Assembly: GCA_053919585.1 (NCBI GenBank)
Contig: CM132786.1
Direction: 5' to 3' (one strand)
DNA from: Euprymna scolopes
Taxonomy: Eukaryota
Length of the DNA: 64,000 nucleotides
The translations under genes were made by a program, and so were the position numbers. Positions 1-10,659 of this stretch are shown here, piece by piece (the stretch's first letter is position 1; every line of letters starts with the position of its first letter). The notes under the pieces are model-generated. The model had not been told where the DNA came from and made no database searches. It saw only the letters and a program-made list of their open reading frames with translations.

Positions 1-690
1 CCTGTATGAATATAACTCTCCCGCTCACATGCAAATAATTATCATCTGTCTAAACGTTTTTGTTCACCTATCCTACCTGTTTCAACATCAAATCACTTTG
101 TGCATATGTTTCTGAAGTTTTCAGATGATGCTTGACTATTTTCATTATTTGTATTATCTCAGCTCGAGCGTTATTTTTATTTTTTAATTTTAATCGTGTA
201 CCTTGTCGAACTCGGACATCTTTTTGTAAAATTTGGCGAAGTAAAGAACCTCCAGAGAATTTCGAATGTATTGATTCGATGGATGTAATATTGAGGGTAA
301 CCATCACTCCTTACCTCCAGAAGAGTGGTACTTAAAACAGAATTTACCAAGTATTTTATATGTATCCTTGTGATACATATAATTGATATTAATGTGATTC
401 AAGTATTAACTTTACGTGCTCTAACCCTATTTTTGGTTTTAGGTGTACAACCTTACCATCACCATATATTAATATTTATTCATATTTCCGTTGTTATATT
501 AAATTTAAATTTCTGTTTTTTTATCGTTTTTTTTTAAATTATTTGTAATGTTTTCTCCACCATGCTGTATTGCTAAGATCTCCTAATAATTCTGGTTAGC
601 AATTTTAATTCACTATAACTCATTTCAAGCATTATTATTTTAATTGATTTTATATACATTTTAAGCATAATTATTTTACTTTAAGTTATA

Positions 691-729
<39 letters not shown>

Positions 730-890
730 TAGACATTAAGAGAAGATCATAGATAGATATATAAGTACCCGTTCACATACACTTTTCACGATAAAGCTAG
801 AACCCAGAATTAGATAGAATCGAGCAATTGTATAGACAACGGACAACGCCAGACCCAAAATGGATTTCGATGTACTGCATCTCATCAGTG
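730..890 (-). ncRNA. Type I hammerhead ribozyme plus 3' tail of HHR repeat family B (5' part lost in N-gap)
   Basis: Reverse strand reads ca-CUGAUGA-GAUG cagua CAUC-GAA-AUCCA uuu UGGGU-C-uggcgu: intact core, stems II and III, GUC site at 852-854. The tail matches 62610-62735 and ends in (TA)n. Confidence 0.85.
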
Positions 891-1179
891 NNNNNNNNNN
901 NNNNNNNNNNNNNNNNNNNNNNNNNNNNNNNNNNNNNNNNNNNNNNNNNNNNNNNNNNNNNNNNNNNNNNNNNNNNNNNNNNNNNNNNNNNNNNNNNNNN
1001 NNNNNNNNNNNNNNNNNNNNNNNNNNNNNNNNNNNNNNNNNNNNNNNGGGGTAATGTTTTTTCAATTATAGCATGATACACAAGATAGATAATATAAGAT
1101 AATATGAATAGTAAAATATAAAATATATTACATTTGCTCAATGATAGTCAGAGAATAAACTATGTCAATCACTTTATTG

Positions 1180-1960
1180 CAGATCGTGGAATTTTCACTC
1201 TCCATCACATTATTGCGGGTATCTTCAAATGTCTTATCAGTCGAACATCATTTTTTATCTGACATTTATTTATTGAAAGGAATCCAAGAAATTTGGCTTC
1301 ATTCGTGAACAACCCCAACACCAAATCTAGAAAGTATAAGGACACCACGATAAACCTTTCACATCGTGATATTCAGAAAATTCGTAGGGAAGTCAACCGA
1401 AACTCAAAGAGCACCAGTGCTTCCATTTTTGCAAGAGCTGGGATCGCTACAAGATTCAGACAGCCCCCAGGTAATGCGTATAATGAGACGGCAACGAAGA
1501 TCAAAACTATTCAATGGTCTTCATCGAGCAAACAACATAAAAAAACGAATGGCTTGGGCACAGAATGACATGAAAATGAATTTCCAATGTAACCTATTTA
1601 CAGATGAAGACCCGTCCTACGCTTAACGATCCGGAATGATCAGCCAAAGTTTGGAACTCGAACGAAACTCCAACCCCTTACAGAGTTCCTCGCCAACGAG
1701 GACGTGGAGTCATCATGTTTTGCGCGAAAATCATTAGGGATAAGTTCGTTGGACTATTTCCAGTTCTAGAGGGTGTAAAACTTGTCAGCAATGCGTACAC
1801 AGCCTATTTGGATATACATTTGTCACCATGGCTAGATGACCTACTATTGTCACGTCGCTTTCAGATGATTTTTCTGCATGGCAATGAACCATACCATTCT
1901 GTTAGGGCGATTGCCGCCTTCCTTGAATCTATAGGCTTCTTTGGAGAAACTCTCTTGACC
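1180..1960 (+). mobile_element. Tc1-like DDE transposase remnant (frameshifted, 3' truncated)
   Basis: ORF pieces: RMAWAQ..MNFQCNLFTDE (first catalytic D), VGLFPVLEGVKL..AY, and MIFLHGNEPYHS (degenerate QDNAPxH). Confidence 0.8.
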
Positions 1961-1976
1961 TTTATATATATATATA

Positions 1977-2004
1977 AACCCTAACCCTTACCCTAACCCT
2001 AACC
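1977..2004 (+). repeat. Short interstitial telomere-like (CCCTAA)n run
   Basis: aaccctaacccttaccctaaccctaacc, flanked on both sides by acctttatatatat. Confidence 0.75.
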
Positions 2005-2093
2005 TTTATATATATCTTTGTGTAAACAAATCGAGCGGAGGTATTTCGGACGATATCAAAACATCGTTAAAAAACTCACTACTCGTTCAAGCA

Positions 2094-2165
2094 GCCGCCA
2101 ATAGCGTAATGGTTAGAAGCCTTGAGTGCCGTATAAACGGTCGGGTTTCAATCCTGGCTTGAGGT
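2094..2165 (+). mobile_element. tRNA-derived SINE-like head (Pol III A/B boxes) of HHR family A
   Basis: A box TAGCGTAATGG at 2102-2112. T-arm tcggg-TTTCAAT-cctgg at 2141-2157. Partial acceptor pairing gccgccaa/ttgaggt. No clean anticodon arm. Confidence 0.7.
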
Positions 2166-2173
2166 AGTTGCCT

Positions 2174-2225
2174 GTCTAGCCGCACTGATGAGCTGTGAAA
2201 CAGCGAAACAGTACTGTATGTGGAT

Positions 2226-2228
<3 letters not shown>
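2174..2228 (+). ncRNA. Minimal type I hammerhead ribozyme (family A)
   Basis: Stem I ccgca(2180-84)/tgtgg(2219-23); CUGAUGA 2185-91; stem II gctgt-gaa-acagc; GAAA 2205-08; palindromic stem III acagtactgt; GUA cleavage triplet 2216-18. Confidence 0.9.
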
Positions 2229-2268
<40 letters not shown>

Positions 2269-2815
2269 AATTGAATTCACAATTTTTGAAATTATATGTT
2301 AATTTATTTTCTCATAAGAGTATATGTTACGGATCTGTTTTCTTAGCAATCTTCAACAAACAGAAAAATATGTTATCACTATATTTTTGACTGTCGTGAA
2401 CTTTAAGACAAGTCTATGGAGAAAAACATATTCAAACAAAAGTTTTACATGTAACAAACGATCACAATCATACGTCTGATATCGGTGGTGTAATTTTCAT
2501 TATTGGTCAGGTCTGGATCTTCTTTTTCTATTTATTTATTCCTTTAAGCCATACTTTCGTATTTATAATTATTTCTTTTATTCATTTTATTTAATATAAT
2601 TTACCTCCTTGAATTTATTCTGTCTATTTAATAATTATCATATTAATTTAATTTATATTATTCTGTTGTTTTAAATAAAAATATCATTAGAATATACACA
2701 TATTTTATGTTTTTACGTGTTCATAATTAAAACGTATAATTGACAGTATCACTTCCGATATTCACTCCATAACTGTTAACAAAATAATGATACATTATAT
2801 TACTATCTTCCAAGT

Positions 2816-3520
2816 ACATAGGACCGATAAAATTGTCACTCTAAAGAAAACAACAATATATTTGAAAACTTTTATTTACATCAATTCAGATAACTTGATT
2901 ATGTAGTAGAGCCGATATCTTTTCAATGTAGGCGCCTTCAGACTCAGTCAGTACTTCAGTACGGGTCCAGAACTGGAAGCATGCTTTTTGCACAAGCGCA
3001 GCACGTGCTCGGCAAATACTCAGGATATAGCGGCAATTAGGCTGGCTTTGGTGTTGTGGGAGGTGATGTTGGTGATGTTTTCGACGTATGACCAAATGAA
3101 GTAGTCCAGCGGATTCAGGTCAGTGAGAGAAGACTACAAAGTCTGACAGGGGCTATCTCATTGCACCAGGGGATCACCACACTCTTCAACATGTCCAGGT
3201 AAATTTATTGTTGACTTTCAAATCGACTTCGAAGATGTGAGAATACATGATGTGTCTCTCACTTAAACAAAAACCAAAAACCATAACCGTGGCCAGGGAC
3301 TTGTTTTCATCACAATGGGCACGTCTCTGTTATCTAGGTTTTCATTTAAAGGTTTCTAGCAATGGTCTTGTTCTCATAATTTATATCCGTAGAGACCATG
3401 AGTTTTACTGTGCGCATCTCAGTTTCTGACATGATAAAATGCCCCTATCGCTCTTGGGATTAGTACACAAATGGCCAACTAGTAGATGGTATGCAACAAA
3501 TATGAGTAAACCGGTTTTTC
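2816..3520 (-). mobile_element. maT/DD37D (Bmmar1-like) Tc1-mariner remnant, internally deleted
   Basis: Minus-strand pieces HIFEVDLKVN, YLDMLKSVVIPWCNEIA, DLNPLDYFIWSYVENITNITSHNTKASLIAAI, and C-terminal ESEGAYIEK. Confidence 0.8.
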
Positions 3521-3553
3521 TCGATATATTCTTAAAATATAATTGTTAATATG

Positions 3554-3591
<38 letters not shown>

Positions 3592-3811
3592 GTGTGAAAA
3601 CGTGAGGCTTAGAAAAATAAATAGAAGCTTAGTACAAAATGAAACATATATATATATATATATATTAATGAAAACAAAGGGATGTAGTGTTTACCTGATA
3701 TACGCAATGGTAAACTTCAAACTAATATAAATAACATTATTTATATATAGAAAATTTAGCCCCAACGGAATTAAAAAAGCTCAATAAGCAATAGAGAGTA
3801 GAGCTTATATA

Positions 3812-3978
3812 AGAAAAAGAAAACTAAAACTGTAAATTGAACTTTACAATCCAAATTTATTGCTCGACTGAATAATCCAAAACACAATTTACAAATAAAT
3901 GGCAAATTGTTTTTTTGAGTATTCAGTCGAACAATAAATTTTGATTGTAAAGTTCAACTTACAGTTTTAATTTTCTTT

Positions 3979-3982
<4 letters not shown>
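3812..3982. repeat. Long inverted repeat (about 79-bp arms, 13-nt loop)
   Basis: 3812-3890 is the reverse complement of 3904-3982 with about 8 mismatches; it abuts a (TA)n run. Confidence 0.9.
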
Positions 3983-4045
<63 letters not shown>

Positions 4046-4488
4046 TTCTATATAAACAATTATATGCTAACTATATATATATACAATTATATATATATAT
4101 ATATATAAATGCCTTAGCAAATAAATATATGTTAAATGCATTTATTAAAATTTATATTAAATGTTATCCGTTAGAACATCATTTGACAGCACAAAAACTC
4201 AATCCTATTGCCATTTTTTAAGAGGATAACAAATAATTGATTATTTATTGTTTTACTGTTGGAAACATATTTTTATGTTTAATTGCTGTGGAATGAAATA
4301 TTGCTACTGTGTAATTTTTAGTATNNNNNNNNNNNNNNNNNNNNNNNNNNNNNNNNNNNNNNNNNNNNNNNNNNNNNNNNNNNNNNNNNNNNNNNNNNNN
4401 NNNNNNNNNNNNNNNNNNNNNNNNNNNNNNNNNNNNNNNNNNNNNNNNNNNNNNNNNNNNNNNNNNNNNNNATATAGATTATTTTTAT

Positions 4489-7400
4489 TACGTCAAAAAA
4501 AAATACAACAAACACGTGAGTGATATCATTAAAGCGAAGCAACGTTTTGTGTTCCAGAATTTATTTTACTCCATAGTAAACTCCATAGTCAACTCCATTT
4601 GCAATTCACCTTTGCCAGGAATTCAAAGAGGCAACGCTGCTGGTTACCCACGTTCATAGCAGGGTTTGCTTTTAGAGACTCACGCCATCAACATCCGCAA
4701 CAATGAGATGTGAGTATCAGATGCGTAAGATGTGAGTTTCAGATGCATAAGATGTGAGTTTCAGACGCATATGATGTGAGTTTAAGATGCATAAGACGTA
4801 AGTTTCAGATGCGTAAGATGTGAGTTTCAGATGCGTATGATGCGACTTTTAAGATGCATAAGGTATGAGCTTCAGATGCGTAAGATGTGAGTGTCAGATG
4901 CGTAAGACGTGAGTTTCAGATGCATATGATGTGAGTTTCAGATGCATAAGATGTGAGTGTCAGATGCATAAGATGTGATTTTCCAGATGCATAAGATGTG
5001 ACGTTCAGATGCATAAGATGTGATTTTTCAGATGCATAAGATGTGAGTTTCAGATGGATATGATGTGAGTTTCATATACGTAAGATGTGGGTTTCAGATG
5101 CGTAAGATGTGAGTTTCAGATGCGTAAGATGTGAGTTTGATATGCATCAGACGTGAGTTACATACGTATAAAATATGAGTTGTAGATGCATACGATGTAA
5201 TTTTTCAGATGCATAAGATGTGAGTTTCAGATGCATATGATGTGAGTTATAGATGCATAAAATGTGAGTTTCAGATACGTCAGATGTGATTTTTCAGATG
5301 CATAAGACGTGAGTTTCAGATGCGTAAGATGTGAGTTTCAGATGCATAAGATGTGACTTTCCGATGCGTAAGATGTGTGTTTCAGATGCATATGATGTGG
5401 GTTTCAGATTCGTAAGATGTGAGATGCGTAAGATGTGAGTTTCAGATGCATATGATGTGGGTTTCAGATGCGTAAGATGTGAGTTTCAGATGCACATGAT
5501 GCGACTTTTCAGATGCATAAGGTATGAGCTTCAGATGCATAAGATGTGAATTTTCAGATGCATGCGATGTAAGTTCCAGATGCATAAGATGTGAATTTTC
5601 AGATGCATAAGATGTGAGTTTCAGATGCATAAGATGTGAATTTTCAGATGCATAAGATGTGAGTTTCAGATGCATAAGATGTGAATTTTCAGATGCATGC
5701 GATGTAAGTTCCAGATGCATAATGATGTGTGTTTCAGATGCATAAGACGTGAGTTTCAGATGCATATGATGTGAGTTTCAGATGGACAAGATATGAGTTT
5801 CAGACACATAAGATGTGACTTTTCAGATGTATAAGATGTGAGTTTCAGATGCATAAGATGTGAGTTTCAGATGCGAAAGACGTCAGTTTCAGATGCATAT
5901 GATGTGAGTTTCAGATGAATAAGATATAAGTTTCAGATGCATATGATGTGATTTCTCATATGCGTAAGATGTGAGTTTCAGATTCGTAAGATGTGAGTTT
6001 TAGATCCATAAGACGTGAGTTTCTTGCCCATAAAATGTGAGTTTAATATGCATAAGATGTGAGCTTCAGATGAATAAGATTTGACTTCCCAGATGCATAA
6101 TATGTAAATTTTAAATGTATAAGATTTGAGTTTCAGGTGCATATGATGTGAGTTTCAGAGGCGTAAGATGTGAGTTTTAGATGTGTAAAATGTGAGTTTC
6201 AGATGCATAAGATGTGAGTTTCAGATGTATAAATGTGAGCTTCAGATGCATAACATGTGAGTTTTAAATGCATAAGATGTGATTTTTCAGATTCATAAGA
6301 TGTGAGTTCCAGATGCATAAGATGTGAGTTTCAGATGCATAGTATGTGAGTTTCAGATCCATATAAAATGTGATTGTTCAAGAATAATAAGATGTCAGTT
6401 TCAGATGCATAATATGTGACTTTTCAGATGTATAAGATGTGAGTTTCAGATGCATAAGATATGAGTTTCAGATGAATAAAATGTGAGTTTCGGATGCATA
6501 TGATGTGAGTTTCAGATGCATAAGACGTGAGTTTCAGATGCATATGATGTGAGTTTCAGATTCGTAAGATATGAGATGCGTAAGATGTGAGTTTCAGATG
6601 CATATGATGTGTTTCACATGCATAAGATGTGAATTTCAGACGCATATGATGTGACTTTTCAGATGTATAAGACGTCAGTTTCAGATACATATGATGTGAG
6701 TTTCAGGTGCATAAGATATAAGTTTCAGATGCATATGATGTGATTTCTCAGATGCGTAAGATGTGAGTTTCAGATGCGTAAGATGTGAGTTTCAGATCCA
6801 TAAGACGTGAGTTCCTGGCGCATAAATTGTGAGTTTCATATGCATAAGATGTGAGCTTCAGATGAATATTATTTGACTTCCCAGATGCATAATATGTAAT
6901 TTTAAATGTATAAGATTTGAGTTTCAGGTGCATATGATGTGAGTTTCAGAGGCGTAAGATGTGAGTTTTAGATGTGTAAGATGTGAGTATCAGATGCATA
7001 AGATGTGAGTTTCAGATGTATAAAATGTGAGCTTCAGATGCATAACATGTGAGTTTTAAATGCATAAGATGTGATTTTTCAGATTCATAAGATGTGAGTT
7101 CCAGATGCATAAGATGTGAGTTTCAGATGCATAATATGTAAGTTTCAGATCCATAAAATATAAGTTTCAGATACGTAAGATGTGATTGTTCAGAATCATA
7201 AGATGTCAGTTTCAGATGCATAAGATGTGACTTTTCAGATGTATAAGACGTGAGTTTCAGATGCGTAAGACGTCAGTTTCAGATGCATATGATGTGAGTT
7301 TCAGATGCGTAAGACGTGAGTTTCAGATGCATATGATGTGAGTTTCAGATTTGTAAGATGTGAGTTTCAGATACATAAGATGTGAGTTTCAGACGCATAA

Positions 7401-7804
7401 AATGTAATTTTCAGATGCATAAGAGTCGATTTTTCAGATGCATAAGATGTGAGTTTCAGATGCATCAGATGTGAGTTTCAGATGCATAAGATGAGAGTTT
7501 CAGATGCATAATATGTTAGTTTCAGATCCATAAAATGTGAGTTTCAGATACGTAAGATGTGATTTTTCAGATGCATAAGATGTGAGTTTCAGATGCATAA
7601 TATGTGATTTTTAGATGCATAAGATGTGAGTTTCAGATACATAAGATGTGAGTTTCAGTTGTATAAGATGTGATTTTCAGTTGCATAAGATTTGAGCTCC
7701 AGATACGTAAGTAAAGTAATCGTAAGAAATCCATTTGCAACCGCCTCAGTTTTATCCGAGCAGAATAAAAACAGCAGACATTTCTTTTTAGAACACCCCT
7801 CGTA
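4489..7804 (-). mobile_element. Internally deleted mariner element (MITE) hosting the satellite array
   Basis: Mariner-type terminus TA-CGAGGGGTGTTCTAAAAAG at 7804 on the minus strand. ATG at 4657 gives MNVGNQQRCLFEFL (mariner N-terminus), fused to WQR*IANGVDY (mariner C-terminal WxKCIxxxGDY). The left TIR is degraded. Confidence 0.7.
4705..7710. repeat. 22-bp tandem satellite, about 135 copies, consensus GATGTGAGTTTCAGATGCATAA
   Basis: Direct periodicity. The ORFs at 5442-5765 and 6748-6933 simply reflect the repeat (HLKLTSYASE..). Confidence 0.97.
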
Positions 7805-7829
7805 TATATTTTTAATTTATTTGATGTAT

Positions 7830-8215
7830 ACCACCCAGAACGGGCTTCATTATTTCCTCGAACAAATATTTTTATTGACTTTCAGTCCACTTTAAATACA
7901 ACATTACTGACCGAAACCATATAGAATGCTTTCAATTCTAGAAATTGTGTATAGTGAAATGTGTCAGCTGAAGAAAACTTTGAAATAATACGTGTAGATC
8001 TATTTTAATATCAGAAATATTCGAATCTTTAAAGTGAAAGTTATGCTAATATCATGCCATTTACAATTTATTGCAAAATAAGAAAGGAATGAGAATTATT
8101 TATGAATATATGTCTAACACCTTTGTAAATCGTATATGAATATACTGTATATGTACATACTGATGAGTACAGATAAGACGGAGCATGCATGCCTGGAAAC
8201 ATGAAATGTTTATTA
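7830..8215 (+). mobile_element. Penelope-like element 3' relic (GIY-YIG C-terminus) with degenerate HHR
   Basis: EENFEII...NL*SE..CH resembles the PLE C-terminal EEK..I..LNxRSE..CRH. It is followed by ctgatgagtacagataagacggagc-atgcat-gcctggaa (HHR-like, GAAA mutated). Confidence 0.45.
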
Positions 8216-8749
8216 AAATAATGTTTATATATATTATTTCGCACATATATATTTAGTAAGAGAGAAAGAGAGAGAGAGAGAAAGGGAAGCGAGTAAGAGA
8301 AAGAGAGAACTAATATTATAATGTGATATTATATATATATGTATATATATATACATATATATATCTATATATATATATATATAAATGCTTAATACATAAG
8401 TAGAGCTTACTATTAGAATAATAATACAACTATGACAAGTTAAGAGAATAGCCGCGCCCATATTTGATATGCGTCGAGAAACCATTTGGTTAAATGAATT
8501 CTCTCCTATATATACAATATTTAGCCGGATAATATCCTACCGGAAAGAAATATTGACGCCGTTTCACTGCTTACCGTATATATTTTTACATCACTATACG
8601 TATATGTAATATCGTTGCCGTTGTTTAAGTGACTCTCCAAAACGATGGGAAACTAAGCAACACCATTAATATAATTATTGTTAAAACTGACCGAAAATAT
8701 TACGACGTAAATTGATAATCGTTAAAATTAGTCCATGATTTCGGGCACG

Positions 8750-8870
8750 ATTTGCTTGGTGTAATTTTTAAAATACCCTACGTTAGTTCCGGTGGTCGAG
8801 GGTCCAAATGCTTCTATTATTAGACATGCTGATGATTTGCAGTGAAAGCGAAGTATGTGTCCGTGGATTA
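8750..8870 (+). mobile_element. Degenerate tRNA-like head plus degenerate type I HHR (family C)
   Basis: A-box-like tggtgtaat and B-box-like gggtccaaat, then catg-CTGATGA-tttgcagtgaaagc-GAAg-tatgt-GTC-cgtg. Stem I catg/cgtg pairs. Confidence 0.45.
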
Positions 8871-8999
8871 CTATTTTATTTATAAATAAATTTATTCTGA
8901 TGAGAATGAACTATAAAAATTTAATGAATATCAGGACAAATGATGTGGGTGAATAAGATTAAAGAAGAAAAGAGAAAGGAAACTATAGAGAAAATAGAA

Positions 9000-9750
9000 G
9001 AATAGCAGGAGCTAAAATTTAAAGAATGAGGAAGAGAAGGCATTTGTAGAATACAGCCAACCGAATGCAAAACGGTTGGGTCAATTTTAATCTGCATAAT
9101 TTGTATATACTCATACAACATTTGTTTGTATAACCGTCAATAACCAACACATTGATCCAATAAAGATATGGATATTCGTCTTTAAAATAAACTTCTAGCT
9201 TTACTTTCGGCAGCTTTGTAACTTTCGCTTTCCTTTTCTGGTCTTGTAGTCCTCGCGTTCCATGAGCCATGTTTCTGACAAAAGGGTAAGAATAGCTGTT
9301 TTCTAGGTCGTAATATGTCAACACTTGTCGTTGACTCTTTTTTCCTTGGCTTCTTTGATCAAGTGGTTTTATACTTAAGAAAATACTGTTTATATCCCAT
9401 ACTTCTAACCGAATAGTTTATTTCTATCTATAAGGAAAGTGAATGGGCCCTGAAATGACGTCTTAAGACGAGCAGTTTATATCGAGGCAAGAGTTACATG
9501 CTCACCAATAGCAAGTTTCTCGACCTGGCTAATAACAAGTTCCAAGACTAGAGAAAGCAATATTGGATAAAGCCGGGATATGTGTAATACTTCGTAATTT
9601 TACTGTCCCTCAACGAATTGCTCTAATGAGTCCTTTGCGAGTAGTTAACTCTACTTCTTTATGCACAGATGATACTTGGTGTGATTTAGTCATTGCTTAA
9701 ATATGGTAAAGGAATGGTTTTGCAGTTATTTATTATTACGCACATAAAAA
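9000..9750 (-). mobile_element. Highly degenerate LINE reverse transcriptase fragment
   Basis: Traces of FRPISL-, RST- and YDLE..Y-like motifs occur in the expected order across frameshifts. Confidence 0.35.
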
Positions 9751-10659
9751 TATATTCGTGAATAGATGCTAATCTTCACTGATCCACCGAAAAGTAATAT
9801 TTTCACGTAATATAGCTATAACATAACTCTATTATTGTTGATTTCTTAATCAAATAGAAAAAAGAGACATTTAAACAGTGCATCCTCTATTTATAGCCTT
9901 TCAACATATGACTAAATATGATTAAAACCGTTCCAATAAGTCATAAACATTATTTTCCGAATATACTATCTAAAAAAAAAATCAACAATTGATTAAATGT
10001 TTTATGCAGCCATTGCTGGCGGATCGAAAACCGTCTAATTCTGTGTATTAAAACAAGAAACCAGGTCGAGATACTCTCCAGATTCCCGAGTTATACTTAA
10101 ATATTCCTGACTAATGAACCTGAATAAGATCAGAGGTCACAACGATCGGAAAATTGTGAAAACATCAATAAATAATCCAAATAATCTCAATAGATGATCA
10201 TGTCTCTACTTCATTATTCATGCTGATGTTCGTTATATGTAAAATATTCCAATACAATACACAAAGCAGAAAAGTCGACTAAAAAGCTGGATGTAAAAAA
10301 GACACATTAGTTTGTTATCCATGTAAAAAATCATAATTTAAAACTAAAAACCTTTCAGAGTTCGCAGGAGTGTTTAAACTCTGCGGTAATGAAAAACAAG
10401 CAAAACCTTTTCTTTTCCTTTTTTTAAGGTTGCCATCCATTTTTACGAGTTTTTTTCCCCCGAAGAGCAATTGACAAAATAATGAGAAACAATTTTCAAA
10501 CTATGAAGTTCGATCGATGTCCATAAGCGACCGATAGTTTCAACGAGAAAATCGATAAACACTTATTTACGTCTGTAAATGATTTGTCCACTAGTTGTTC
10601 AGTCACACGATTTCTGGTCGTGTGTCACATATATATGTATTTTCTTTGTTGTGCCATGT

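Noticed and set aside
1-540. Short ORFs at the window start
   Set aside because: No recognisable domain or splice structure.
2094-2165. Functional tRNA gene
   Set aside because: Acceptor and anticodon arms are imperfect, the T-loop is non-canonical, and there is no oligo-T terminator; better read as a SINE-like head.
4705-7710. Repeat-protein ORFs (HLKLTSYASE..) or a CRISPR array
   Set aside because: Contiguous 22-bp monomers with no unique spacers; the ORFs are by-products of the repeat.
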